A DNA stretch of 64,000 nucleotides from Octopus vulgaris (GCA_951406725.2 OX597831.1:81592001-81656000), one strand, 5' to 3'. Positions 14,078 to 27,142 are shown, numbered from the stretch's first letter. The notes: generated by a model not told the origin, from the sequence alone. Numbers and translations are program-made.

Positions 14078-14336
14078 ATATATATAAATATTTATGTGTG
14101 TATATGTACCTGTATGTTATGTGTAATATTTGGATAAAGACACGACATTTCATTAAGATTTACAGAACTCACGTAGAGAAATAGACAAAGTCATAGGACC
14201 ATTGACCATACATTAAAAAACGTACACACTCACGTATTTGTGTCAGTGACGCTCATAATTTCTATGACATGGTTTTAAAAACTCCTGCAACACAAATGTG
14301 TGCACGTAATATACAATCACGATAACATATCTATAC

Positions 14337-14386
<50 letters not shown>

Positions 14387-14490
14387 ATATATATATGGTA
14401 AATCCAAAATGAAGAACAAACACAAAAAACACCGCGAGGACATGGTAAATGTAAAGTATTAGAAGACGCTCAGCGAAGGAAAGAAAGGTG

Positions 14491-14526
14491 GTTTAACGTT
14501 TCGAGCAAACGCTCTCCTTCGGAAAC
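14491..14526 (-). ncRNA. Degenerate minimal hammerhead
   Basis: GUUU-CCGAAGG-A-GAGC GUUU GCUC-GAAA-CG-UU-AAAC. Stems are intact and the CUGANGA core has two changes. Confidence 0.55.
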
Positions 14527-14815
14527 AGAGGAAAGTAAGAGAAAGAGATATATATTGTGATTAGAGAATGCTCTCCCACAAAAGCGGGAGATAACTCTAG
14601 TAAGATTATGATCTAAATTTTGGACAATATAGACAAGACTGTAATCGGTGGGAACTTGGGAAATAATGTAGATGAAGTGTAAAAAACGTACACACCATTA
14701 TACAAACAGACACGCGCTCACACTCACACACACATACTCAAACACGCAAACGCGTAGTCACTCACACACATGCACGCGTATATTCAGATATATAAATATA
14801 TGTAGATAGATACAC

Positions 14816-14853
<38 letters not shown>

Positions 14854-15008
14854 TTACATACACAAAGATACACACAGAGAAAGTGAAAGTGGGAGAGAGA
14901 GAGAGAGAGAAAGCGATAGATATATGTTCTATCTGTCAATCCATCGATATATATATAACTAAATAAAATCAATGTCTATTTTATTTACTATCTCCCTCTC
15001 TCTCTCTC

Positions 15009-15070
<62 letters not shown>

Positions 15071-15553
15071 CATATATATATATATAGCTTGTGAGACATA
15101 GACAGCTAGAGGGAAAGAAACAGAACGACAGATATGTATGCACGCATACACACACGCACGCACGCACGCACACACACGCATACACGCACGCAAGCACACA
15201 CAGGCACACACATGCACACACAGGCACACACATGCACACACAGGCACACACAGGCACACATATTTCTCGGAAACAAAATGCTGTGGGTGGAAATAGGTTG
15301 TAAAAGTGCCACAGGCCTCACAACACCTGTTGACAGGTAAAAATGAACAATGGACCAACACACCTGATTGTGTTGACACCAACAAATCTACTGGGGATGC
15401 TTCACTCGGTGAAGGAGGAGGAGGAGGTAAAGGAAGAAGAAGAAGAAGAAAGGAAGGAGGAGGGTACAAGAGCGCAGTCTCTCTCTTTCTCTTTCTTAGT
15501 GGTCTTGTATGCGTATGTATATGGAATCGTTTGTATATATATATATATGTATG

Positions 15554-15649
<96 letters not shown>

Positions 15650-16183
15650 AGTATATATATATCTGTCGTTTTGTCTCTTAGTGTGTATAGCAGCGTTTCT
15701 ATGCGTATGTGATTATACTGTATGTATGTGTTTTTGTATACATGTACGACTGTGTATATAAGTGCGGGTCTACGTATATATTTATCCGTCTTTATCGTGT
15801 ATGTTACTACATTATGCGTATGTATATGTGTATATTTGTATGTGATTATATGTGTCTGTGTGTGTGTTTCTGCATATTTGTGTGTGTGTGTGAGAGAGAG
15901 ATTATGGTGAGTGTATGTAAGTATTTGTAAGAATTATTGCCTCTGTCACTATGGACTGTGTATGCGTTTGTGTATATTTGTCTGTATGTCCCCCCTACTG
16001 TGCGGATGTGTTTGTGTACAGGCGAGTGCATGTGACTATATTGCATGTGTGTGTGTGTTTGTCTTCGTATAAATGCAGTATGTGTGTTTATGTACATTTA
16101 AGTGTATGTTAACTATGTTGTACGCATGCATTTGTGTGCTTTACTGCACATCTGACCATACTCTATGTATTGGCTTATGTATA

Positions 16184-16267
<84 letters not shown>

Positions 16268-16626
16268 TACGCTGTGTTGTTCCCCAACTTACATCAACTT
16301 ACAGATGAATCAGAAAGGATTTTTTGTGTCTGTCTATTTTTGTTTGTCTGTTTTATATTCTTTAGATATTTTTTTTTCTCCTTTTTGACAAATGGCGTGG
16401 CCGAGAATATCATTTTTCACACGTTTGGGATATTTTAGTTTCAGTCAGTTTGGTCTCTTTCTCTTCCACTGTTGGCCATCTTCCTTCCGTATCCTATAGA
16501 GAAGGTGTCGATAACAGGGTATAAATATACTCCAATACATACATACATACATACATACATATACGCACACATACATACATATACACACACATATATACAT
16601 ACAACATACATACATACATACATACA

Positions 16627-16658
<32 letters not shown>

Positions 16659-16675
16659 CACACAAACACATAGTG

Positions 16676-16998
16676 GAGGCACAATGACCCAGTGGTTAGG
16701 GCAGCAGACTCGTGGGCGTAGGATCGCAGTTTCGATTCCCAGACCGGGTGTTGTGAGTGTTTATAGATAAAAACACCTAAAGCTCCACGAGGCTCCGGCA
16801 GGGGAGTTGTGGCGAACCCTGTAGTAAATCTTTCACCACAACTTTCTCTCAATTTTTCTTCCTGTTTCTGTTGTACCTGTAATTTCAAAGGACCAGCCTT
16901 GTCACACTCCGTTTCACGCTGAATCTCCCCGAGAACTACGTTAAGGCTACACGTGTCTCTGGAATGCTCAGTTACTTGCGTGTTGATTTCACGAGCAG
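16676..16998 (+). mobile_element. tRNA-derived SINE (third family)
   Basis: A box TGACCCAGTGG and B box GTTTCGATTCCC followed by a non-tRNA body. Confidence 0.75.
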
Positions 16999-17079
16999 TA
17001 GTTTTAGGTTCTTCAGATAATTCAGTGTTAACATCAAGTTCCCTTGTGCATTTACAAACTTTATTGACAATAAAATGTC

Positions 17080-17390
17080 GTTACTACTTGAGAACAGTGG
17101 TCCCGGTGCGCGCACTCGCGTAGTAGCGCATTCGCGCTAGCTAGTCATGACTAGTGGATCCTTAATTTGTGTTTTTATGTGTTATTTACTTTGTTTAAAA
17201 AATTATTAACTTTGTGTTTTTGTGTTTTATTTACTTTGTTAAACAAAAATTATTTACTTTTTGTAAAAAAATTATTTATTTTGTGTTTTATTTACTTTGC
17301 TAGGTAGTCGTTATAGGATCGACTAGTCACGACTAGCTAGCGCGGATGCGCGACAACGCGAGTGCGCACACACTGTTCTCAAGTAGTACC
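17080..17390. mobile_element. MITE with about 80-bp TIRs and 9-bp TSD (Merlin/MULE-like)
   Basis: GTTACTACTTGAGAACAGTG...CACTGTTCTCAAGTAGTACC. Flanks are TAAAATGTC (17071-17079) and TAAAATGCC (17391-17399). Internal T-rich tandem repeats. Confidence 0.85.
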
Positions 17391-17826
17391 TAAAATGCCT
17401 TTTTTTCACACAAACCGCGGGACCCAGTCCTCTGTGCTACAAAAGTAACTGTTCCTCGTTCCTCACTGCTTCTACGACCGGGTGGCCATAACTCGAATTT
17501 ACACAACCGACAAGGATGGGATGAAGCCAAAACAACAACACACCATGAATTTCTTTGTAAAATATTAACAATTAAGTGTCAGCAAAAAAGCAGCCTACAT
17601 ACAAAACAAATATATACGAACAAAAATAAATTAATGCTACATTAGGCGTGCAGTCAAAATATTTATAAAGGCAATATATATATATATATATAGTTCAGAA
17701 ATTCGGATTCAGAAACCCGGCTTCAACCTGATTTCACAAACTTAAATTCGCAACTCTGGGTTCACAAATTTGGTGTTCAACCTTGGATTTCGAACCTTGG
17801 ACCTAAACATGAATAAATCTAATGTC

Positions 17827-18591
17827 GGATCTTTTCCTTTTGAACGGCAGTTTTCAACACAATTTCTAGTTAACTAAACACTTTTAAACTTCGTATACTG
17901 GTAGAATGTGTCAAAATAAAACATTTTTTTCTCTTGGCTTTCTTGAGAAAATTGTAATTTGTAAGTTTAACGTAGTTTAATTTTTCGAATTTTAACCAAT
18001 CAATTGCTTCTATTGAGCTAAAATCATTTACTGCGTCTAAAACTGAGACAACATCCTGTCACTGACCCTAACCCTAACCCTAACCCTAATCCTAACCCTA
18101 AATTTTAACCTTTCGTTTTTTTTTTCTTAATTGTTAAATTAATTTAATTGTTACGCGTGTGTCTAAAATTATTCGTTTTGTTTTTGTTTTGAATTTTTGT
18201 TTTGACATACACGTGTATTGTTTAAACTATTTTCCATTGCTTAAGAAAAAAAAAACGAAAGGCTAAAACGAAAGCAAAGGAAAATAATTGAAACAATTAA
18301 CAAACAAAATAATTCTATAATTTTATACACACGCTTTCCGTACGTAAACATAACAGTAACAAGATGTTGTCTCAGTTTTAGATGCAGCAAATGATTTTAG
18401 CTCAATAGAGGCAATTGATTGGTTAAAATTCGAAAAATTAAACTACGTTAAACTTACAAATTACAATTTTCTCAAGAAAGCCAAGAGAAAAAAATGTTTT
18501 ATTTTGACACATTCTACCAGTATACGAAGTTTAAAAGTGTTTAGTTAACTAGAAATTGTGTTGAAAACTGCCGTTCAAAAGGAAAAGATCC
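17827..18591. mobile_element. MITE with about 238-bp TIRs, 8-bp TSD and internal (CCCTAA)n
   Basis: Termini GGATCTTTTCC...GGAAAAGATCC. Perfect TSD CTAATGTC at 17819-17826 and 18592-18599. Arms about 17827-18064 and 18354-18591. Confidence 0.92.
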
Positions 18592-18790
18592 CTAATGTCA
18601 AAGCAACCATTTGAACTAAAAATTCATGACACAAAACGGCTGCCAGACTACATCAATAATTATAGTTAAAAAAATTAAATCTAGTTTGCTTTAAATTCAC
18701 GCAAAAGTAAGTTGTCTAATACAAAAATTGGCTACATGAATAAATTAAATTCATACACCCTTTAGCTATTTCTACAAATTTTAACATTTA

Positions 18791-20073
18791 CGAGGGGCGT
18801 TGAATAAGTAATGCCCCTGACCCACTTCCCATAGCAGTAGAGCAACGAAACTTGGTACAGTTATTAGTCTTTTTCTACATAGGAACCACTCAGAGGTACG
18901 CATTTCTCTCATCGTTTGATGCAGCTCTGAAGACCGTTTTTGTAGAAGACCCCAGCTTGGTCCTCCAACCTGAACGTGACTTCAGAAATCAAGGCTGCAT
19001 CATCTGGTAAACGCTTTCCTTTCAAAAACAACTTCATGGCTGGGAAGAGGTGAAAATCAGAGGGTGCAAGGACAGGAGAGTAGGAGGGATGGGGGAGGAG
19101 TTCATAGCCGCACGCCTGTGCTTCTGATCTGGCGACAAGCGAGTTGTGGATCGGAGCGTTGTCCTGCAAGAGGAGGATGCCTTTGCTGATCTTGCCCCGC
19201 CTCTTGATTTTGATAGCTTCTCTTAATTTCCTCAAAAGTGAAGCATAATAGGCTCCTGTAATTGTGGTACCCTTTGCCAGGAAATCTGTCATCACTACTC
19301 CGTCCTGGTCCCAGAAGACTGTGAGCATGGCCTATCCAGCGGAGGGCTGCACCCTTGCCTTCTTTGGAGGAGGTGAGTCACGGTGCTTCCACTGCATTGA
19401 CTGGGCTTTGCTCTCTGGATCATAGTGATGGACCCAGGTTTCATCCTGTGTAATCAGTCTTTTGAAAAATTTTGACTCATCTTCTTGGCACATCTCCAAA
19501 TTCAGCCTCGAGCACTCGACGAGTTCTTGCTTCTGGAAAGGTGTGAGCAACCTGGAAATCCATCTGGCAGACACCTTTTGCATATGCAAATGGTCATGAA
19601 TGATAGTTTCCAAGGACCAGGTACTAATCTTGACCTCATGGGCTATTTGGCGAATAGTTATGCGTCGATCTTCCAAAATGGCAGCCTCAACTTGACGGAC
19701 AGATGCCTCATCAATGGCAGAAGGCGGGGCGACCAGATCTGGGAGCTGTTTCCACAGAGTTCCGACCATGTTTGAATTCACGATGCCAGCGTTTTACAAG
19801 GTCATATGATGGGGCATCATCACCATAAGTTACTTTCATTTCATCAAAAGTCTCTCATGGTGTGCGTCCTTTCAATTACAAAAACCGGATCACTGCTCGA
19901 CACTCAACAGGCTTCATTTCACACTTGACTCAGTTCAAACACCTGTAAATCAGAAACCACAGTTAGTTCAGAGCTGTAATCTATAGAGATATAAATAATT
20001 GCACATGCAAAATTACAGCTAGATCAAACAACTGCAAGTAGGTTAGAGGTATTACTTATTGAACGTCCCTCGT
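18791..20073 (-). mobile_element. Full-length decayed mariner (DD34D) transposon
   Basis: TIRs CGAGGGGCGTTGAATAAGTAAT / TATTACTTATTGAACGTCCCTCG flanked by TA. Length about 1.28 kb. Confidence 0.95.
18864..19917 (-). pseudogene. Mariner transposase pseudogene
   Basis: MKPVECRAVIRF start, WISRLL, ITQDETWVHHYDPE, LLQDNAPIH and YSPVLAPSDFHLF, with stops and a frameshift. Confidence 0.93.
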
Positions 20074-20331
20074 ATCTTAACAGAAATTAGCTAGCAAAAT
20101 TACCACACAACCTGCCACAAATGCAGGGTTCAAAATTCATGTCAATATTATAACATAACTTAAGATTTTTTTTTTTGTATTCACCCAGATGTGACACAGA
20201 AATTATTTTAAATCTAGCAAAAGTTCTGGAGAATTCCTGGAGCATAAAATAAATTCATAACACAAAGCACAAAGTGCATAAGGTAAACAAGCAGTCATAG
20301 CTTCCAGAATCCAATTGAACAACTTTGTCTC

Positions 20332-20979
20332 GGTTCCTTTATTAGCAACAAGGGCCCAAACATAAAAGGAGACAAACAAGGACAGACAGGACAGCACAGA
20401 GGGGACAATACATAGAACGAATATGATGAGATGGTTATAAAATAATGGGATTATGAATGGCTGCATGCGCCCCTCATCATATGCATTACGTTTTTAAACT
20501 GTCCGTTTTTATCATATATTTAACTAACAATTAATTATCGTCTACCATTACAATTATTTGAACCGTTATATTTTTCTCTAAAAATATTCTTCTATTTTCC
20601 GATATTATTAAACATAACATAATTTTTTTTAGTAATATGTCATTAGTGGTTCGATTTCAACTAAATCCACTACTGGTGGCAATTCTTTGAATTCCACCGT
20701 TATTCCTGATAGGTCGATGTTATCTCCACACATTTCTTGTAGTCTTTTATAACTTTCCTCTTCAATTACTATCGCCTTCATATCCTCTGCATATATGTGT
20801 GCTGGTACCTTTACTCTTGCTATTTGGTTGAACTTGAGTATTTTCTTCTCTGTTTCAATATTCTTCGGGTAGATTACGTAATACCATACACCGTTTCCTT
20901 TAATTTTCTTTCCTTTATTTTGGCTTTTCTGTTCTCTCTTTCTCTCCTCCACTCTAAACAGTCTCTCTAATTATTCTTC
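20332..20979 (-). mobile_element. Retro-insertion with 21-bp TSD, orphan ORF and Tx1-type 3' end
   Basis: CCAATTGAACAACTTTGTCTC at both 20311-20331 and 20980-21000. The 3' end GGCCCTTGTTGCTAATAAAG resembles the Tx1 3' ends in this window. Confidence 0.8.
20629..20952 (-). CDS. Orphan 107-codon non-repetitive ORF inside the insertion, probably 5'-truncated
   Basis: Open, complex sequence (GVWYYVIYPKN...KVPAHIYAEDMKAIVIEEESY). Starts at GTG. No recognisable domain. Confidence 0.4.
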   Translation of the reverse strand: MEERKREQKSQNKGKKIKGNGVWYYVIYPKNIETEKKILKFNQIARVKVPAHIYAEDMKAIVIEEESYKRLQEMCGDNIDLSGITVEFKELPPVVDLVEIEPLMTYY

Positions 20980-21299
20980 CCAATTGAACAACTTTGTCTC
21001 ACAGAAAAAAACTCACAAAAATAACTGGGGATACAATTATCTCTGCTTATAAAGGTTTGCTAAGGTCTAGCCAATTTGTTATAGTTTCACAGTTTGGCTA
21101 TTAACACCTAGCTCCCCCCATTTTGACAATGGACTTCATCCTGACCTTACAGGGCAGTATGAACAAACTGTCCGTTTACCTGTTTTAAATTAACATTATA
21201 CTATAAACGTTTTTATCGTTTTCATAATTTCCTAACTGTAGGTACAGATGGTCAACATCGGCCTAAGGGTGGTGCATGTTCTTGGATGTCAATAATTTT

Positions 21300-21890
21300 C
21301 TTATCTTCCTGTCCATGCGCTGAAATTCCGTATGATTCCGTTTAGTTATATTAAGACTGCCCTGGACTACTGGGAGTACGCGGGCGTTAATGGCAATTTT
21401 TCGAGTTAAGTTCAATCTTCAGTACAAGTCTTAATTTACAATAGTACTCCTTTCTTGCTTTTCCCCTTCATAGTGGCATACCTATGCCGTCTTCTTTGTT
21501 TATTCCCAGGTACTTGTAAGTTTCTTGTGGGTCAAGTTCCTTGTTGGTAGTTTCGATATTTAATTTAATGGACGCTGTTTGTCTGAACTTGCCTCTTACA
21601 AAAGTTGCTCTAACACACTTATCGAGGTCAAACCCATCCTGATACCATTGCTAAACTCTTTAACAGTTGTCAGCAGTCCTTATAGTTCTCCATGCAAACA
21701 TCTTGAGATCGTCCATGTATAAAAGTTGGTATAATATCTTGCTAAGAGTTTTTTATCCATATCCGGTGTTATTCTATTCATTTGAAAGTGGGATCATTGC
21801 AATACAAAAAAGTAATGGAGAGAGGAATTCACCTTGTAATATGCCTCATTTAATGTTGATGCCTTCGTGTTTTCACTACTCTCTTCTTTG
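21300..21890 (-). pseudogene. Old R4/Dong-type RT fragment
   Basis: GILQGEFLSPLLFCIAMIPLS, QLLYMDDLKMFA and ETYKYLGI on the minus strand. Confidence 0.75.
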
Positions 21891-21899
21891 ACCACAATC

Positions 21900-22345
21900 T
21901 ATTATTATTATATTTGACTTTTGCTTTACATTTATACAAGTTGGCTTCAAGTCTCACCCAGAGACCTCAAGAGACAACAAGTTAGAAATTCATGTTGGTA
22001 TTATGCCTAGGGTTTGCTTTTGTATATAGTATTGTTCTAGAGAATGTTTAAAAAACCATAAAAAAATTATGTTTGTTTTAAAACTTGAGATTACATAGAA
22101 AGTATTTTGCGTAGGATATGAGCAGTTCCCATGAGCACTATCTTTTGAATTTCTGCCATTTTTGGGTTTCCTGGTATCTGAGCTAGGTAGCAATCAGCCC
22201 CTTTTGCTATCATTCCTAGGACACCTATGACAACAGGTACTGTTTTAGTCTTCAGGTTCCACATTTTGATAATTTCTATTTCAAGAACTTTATATTTGCT
22301 TAGATTTTGGTAGGTCTTGACAGATACATTTATATCGATTGGGAC
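21900..22345 (-). mobile_element. R4/Dong-type 3' fragment (RLE C-terminus and UTR)
   Basis: SKYKVLEIEIIKMWNLKTKTVPVVIGVLG...QKIVLMGTAHILRKILSM*, bounded by ATT repeats. Confidence 0.85.
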
Positions 22346-22368
22346 AATCATATCAATGACGAGGCATG

Positions 22369-22422
<54 letters not shown>

Positions 22423-22644
22423 TCTTCTCGAAAGGACGGACGTGTGTAAAGCAGCTCCGTAAGTTTTGTGCCAATTTGATTGGAAACTTCTCTAAAAGTT
22501 TTTATATTTTTCGATATTTGTGTGGCCAAGCCAACTAACTTCTAGCGAAGCTAGTTGGCTCGGCACAATTTTACCCCACTGGGGGTAAAATTATATTTTG
22601 AAATTTGAACATTTTGAAAATTATACACATGCATTTCAACAAAC

Positions 22645-24566
22645 ATGGCTATGAAGCGAGCAGTCGGCTGTTCCTTTCTCCCAACACCACACCCTCCGCA
22701 AACACACACATTGTCAAAAACGTTTCCAAACCGCCCACTTCGCGCCATAAAAGGCAACAAAGATCCTCCTTTCGAAGCTGAAAGCACGCGCAGCATTCGA
22801 AAGGAGAAAGAAAACCAAGACGTCACTTTCGACGTCATTGAAGATTTCCCTCATCTTCCCTCCACCAATGCTCCGGTACCGGAGAAGGAGCGAAGAAAGA
22901 GCGTTCCAAAGAAAAGCGACAACGATGGCGTCACCTTTGACGTCATCGAAGATTTTCCTTCTCTTCCCTCAACCAGTGCTCCAGTAACGGAGAAGGAGGG
23001 AAAGAAAATGACCAGCAGCCACACCGACACCACCACCACCAGCAACAACACAACAAGCCATCGTAGCAATTTCGCCTCCGCTGCAAAACAAAGCTCGGAG
23101 GAAGTAAAAGTTACGATGGACGAAATCAAAAGCGCAAAGGAGTTGTTGAGAAAAGAGGGGAACAGTGTTTTCCTCAATACACCTCAACAACTCATACATA
23201 ACACTAACAAAAAGATAATATTTTACATGGTTTTCGACAAGAAAAACAAAAGACTAATCAACGCAACACCCCAACAATTGGAAATAGCTCTGAAGCTCTG
23301 GGGCAAAAAGAGCTATGTCACCAGAGGGAAGCGTTTCGGAACCGTGGAGGTTCGCTTCCCAACAGAGGAGGATGCAAGGGCGCATGCCATTTCGCCCTTG
23401 CAAAATTAAAATTTGTTCCTTGTTCCAATGTACCTCGGGCGGATGGTCACGAAAATAAAAATCGACATAGTACTCCCCGAACTAAATATATCATGGCTGG
23501 TGGCAGCTGTCTTCTATGACATAGAGGACACTGCCACTATTCTGGATGTACGAAGAGTGAAGGAAAAAAACTGGTCAGGTATGGGAGTTCAACTGCTGGT
23601 ACAAATCCAACAGGAAAACATTAATGCCATACCTGACTCGGTAAATTTGCCGGACGGCACCAGGCTGCACGTTGCTGTGGAGGGGCGAAAGCCAAAATGT
23701 TACCTCTGCAGCAGCGAAAGCCACCTAAAAAGAGACTGCCCATTCACAAGAAAAGAAGGGAGGCAGACGGCAAGAGGCAGCAGCAGCAACAACAACAACA
23801 ACAGAAACAACAACAGCAAGAAACACCAAATGCTGCCACACCACCAACACCATCACCACCACCACGACGAATGACACCACCTCCAACAACCACCAAACCA
23901 ACACCAACCCCAGCACCAAGAAAGACAACAACAAAAAAGGAAGAAGAAGAATCACCGACACCGTCACCATCACCAACAGATACAGCAACACCACCGCTAC
24001 CAGCAGAACCAACAATTTTTCGCCCTGCTGCTGAAGCGGACCCGACAGCCATCCCCTTTCCGGATCAGGACAGCTCGGATTGTGCGAGCACTGATACCGA
24101 GAAAGGTGAATGGCACACAGTGCCTCCGAAGGAGAAGAGGAGGAAGAAGCAAAAAGACACACAGGGGAAGTACGAACAAATAGTGCTTCCCAACATCAAC
24201 AACAACACACACTCACAACAACAAACAACAACACTTTCGACACCACTACTGCCACTGCCACACACACCAACACACACAGACACGATTACATCAATAAACA
24301 CAAAAAATGAAAAACTCGTTTCATATATAAAAGACAACACAAGCACAAACATTACAGATTTCATAATATCTACACACAACACACCACCAGCACACATTCT
24401 CACCATTAAAATTAACCAAAAAACAAACAGTGACATAAAACAGATATTCCCTAACGATGTCGGATCGCTAGGGAGAAGTTTCTCAAAGAAACTTTATAAA
24501 AATATTGTGGAAACACCCGTGCAAAAGCACAAGGGAGCCACCCCCACCACCAACAACAGTAAGTAG
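22645..24566 (+). pseudogene. Tx1 ORF1 (gag-like, CCHC zinc knuckle)
   Basis: KCYLCSSESHLKRDC knuckle and Pro/Thr-rich linker, with one stop (23407-23409) and a frameshift. Confidence 0.85.
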
Positions 24567-24604
24567 AGCCTTTTTCTCCTTTTATTTTTTGTCACCTTTG
24601 AATC

Positions 24605-25740
24605 ATGGCAAAACTTAGAATCGGTTGCTTGAATGTGAGAGGCCTCGGGTTACCTTGGAAACAGGGTCACTTGTTAAACGACCTGAGGTTTCATGATGTG
24701 GATGTAGCAGCCATTAGTGAAACCAGGCTCTCCGACCCGCAGGAACTCACAGCCCTTTTCGGCGGATACGAGATCTTTCTATCTCCGTGTCGGCCGGGAG
24801 CGGGCGGTGGTGGTACTGTGGTGTTGTTTCGGAAGGGCCTGGACTTGAAAATAAGGACAGTCTTCCTGGATCCAGAAGGTAAGCTGGTGCTCCTCGACGT
24901 AGACACGGTAGTGACGGCGGTGCTTTCAGACTGCTGGCTGCCTACGCTCCGACAGGAGCAGGGCAGTCGGATTATTTCAAACGTCTGGAAGTTTTCCTGG
25001 GAACGTCACACACTCTAGTGTTAGTTGGGGATTGGAATGCTGTCTTAGACGAACGTTTCGATCGGGTGGGCAGGGGAGCATCTGATAGGAGAGGAGGGTG
25101 CAAGAGCCTCGCCAACCTACTCGGACGCTTTCAGCTGTCCGACAGGTTTCGACTAGACAACCCGAATGTGCCAATGTGGAATTGGACCAATCGCATCAGG
25201 TCGTCTAGATCGTACTAGAGTGTTTTGTAGGCCAGCGGATAAGGACAGCACAGGGTGTCCACAATTCCACCTAGTCGACTACACGAACCACAAATTCGTG
25301 ATCTGTACGGTCGACTTAGATAGGCTACATAGACAGGGACTCGGCTACTGGAAGCTGAACGCGTCGTTAACGGCGTGCAAAGCTTACAGAGACCGATTAG
25401 TTTACTTGTTAAGCGGACGCTGACGGGGGAAATCATCAACAACGACTGGTGGTTTGCACTCAAGAGAGCAATTAGAGTAGAGTCGATTAGGTTTAGTAAG
25501 GCTCTAGCGATTGAACGTAGGAAGAGAGAGCGGGATTTAGTTAAGAAACTAGACGAGGCTCTTGAGACTGGCATCGCGACAGACGTGTTGGCGGCAAGGT
25601 TGGCCCTCGACCAACACTTTGACGCCAAACACGAAGGCTGCGTTGTCAGAGCTAAGGCACGTTCGCTAAGCGGGGAGGGAACTAGAGCCGCTCGATGGGC
25701 CCGCGTGGTGGAGGCGAAGCGAGGCAACAAAGCAACCATT
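24605..25740 (+). pseudogene. Tx1 ORF2 AP-endonuclease region
   Basis: LRIGCLNVRGL, AISETRL, LVGDWNAVLD, DYTNHKFV and GYWKLNASL. Confidence 0.9.
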
Positions 25741-25902
25741 CCCCTTATTGGGAGTTTTTCGTTGTTATATTATTTGATTGTTACACTGTTTTTACACGAT
25801 TTTTTCACAAACGGACAAAACCCTTTGTAACTTTTCATCCTGTTTTGTCCCTTTATGTTTTCTAATCATGTGTGTCAGCCTTGTGGCCAATAAAAAGAAT
25901 TA

Positions 25903-25906
25903 ATTA

Positions 25907-25970
<64 letters not shown>

Positions 25971-25978
25971 CATTATTA

Positions 25979-26058
<80 letters not shown>

Positions 26059-26140
26059 GTTATTATTATTATTATTATCATTATTATCATTATTATTATT
26101 ATTATTATTATTGTTATTATTATTATTATTATCATTATTA

Positions 26141-26202
<62 letters not shown>

Positions 26203-26338
26203 GTTATTATTATTATTATTATCATTATTATCATTATTATTATTATTATTATTATTGTTATTATTATTATTATTATCATTATTATCATTATTATTATTAT
26301 TATTATTATTGTTATTATTATTATTATTATCATTATTA

Positions 26339-26409
<71 letters not shown>

Positions 26410-26491
26410 GTTATTATTATTATTATTATCATTATTATCATTATTATTATTATTATTATTATTGTTATTATTATTATTATTATCATTATTA

Positions 26492-26548
<57 letters not shown>
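25903..26548. repeat. (ATT)n array with higher-order periodicity
   Basis: Recurring pattern TGT-(TAT)6-CAT-(TAT)2-CAT-(TAT)n. Confidence 0.95.
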
Positions 26549-26549
<1 letters not shown>

Positions 26550-27064
26550 TGTGGGGAATAGAAGCTGTAGAAGTCGAAGAAAGACACTAAAAGACAATTG
26601 CTCCTTTTCTTCTCGGTTTTATTGAAATACAAAATATATAAACTTCGCCTCTTTTCACTCATTTTCACGTTTCTACTTTCATTGTTTTGGTTGCAATTTT
26701 TGCCATTTTGCAATTTCTCATGTTTTCTTTTGTTTTATTTAGTTTTGTCGGCGTTTTCTTCATTTCTGCTGCTGTCTGTTTTATTTATCTAACTCAATTT
26801 CCGGCAGACTTTGTTAAAAAGTCTGTTTCCTACCGGAAGTACAAGTCTTCTTCACCAACTCTGCTTTGCTTTACAATATTAATCGTATTCATAAGACTAA
26901 TAAAGCTTTCCTAAATCCATTAATTTTCACGCGCAAATGTATATCTAATTTTACACACACACACACACGCACACACATACACGAGCGCACGCGCACACAC
27001 GCGCCTCGCAAACAGACAGTCAGACAGATATATATAAGAGAGAGAAAGAGAGAGTAAGAGAGTG

Positions 27065-27142
<78 letters not shown>

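Larger units (their letters stand above)
22421..25900 (+). mobile_element. Tx1-clade LINE with ORF1, APE and an internal deletion of the RT
   Basis: Has a 5' UTR, ORF1 and the ORF2 N-terminus, then jumps at about 25740 to the 3' UTR (CCCCTTATTGGGAG...GCCTTGTGGCCAATAAA). (ATT)n on both sides. Confidence 0.9.

Noticed and set aside
18066-18101. True telomere or chromosome fusion site
   Set aside because: Only about six units in one orientation, inside a TSD-flanked MITE.
18864-19917. Active or domesticated transposase
   Set aside because: Multiple stops, a frameshift and diverged TIRs.
25872-26597. Poly-Tyr/Ile/Leu ORFs, or a CRISPR-like periodic array
   Set aside because: It is an (ATT)n array with point variants. 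There are no unique spacers and no cas genes, and the context is eukaryotic.
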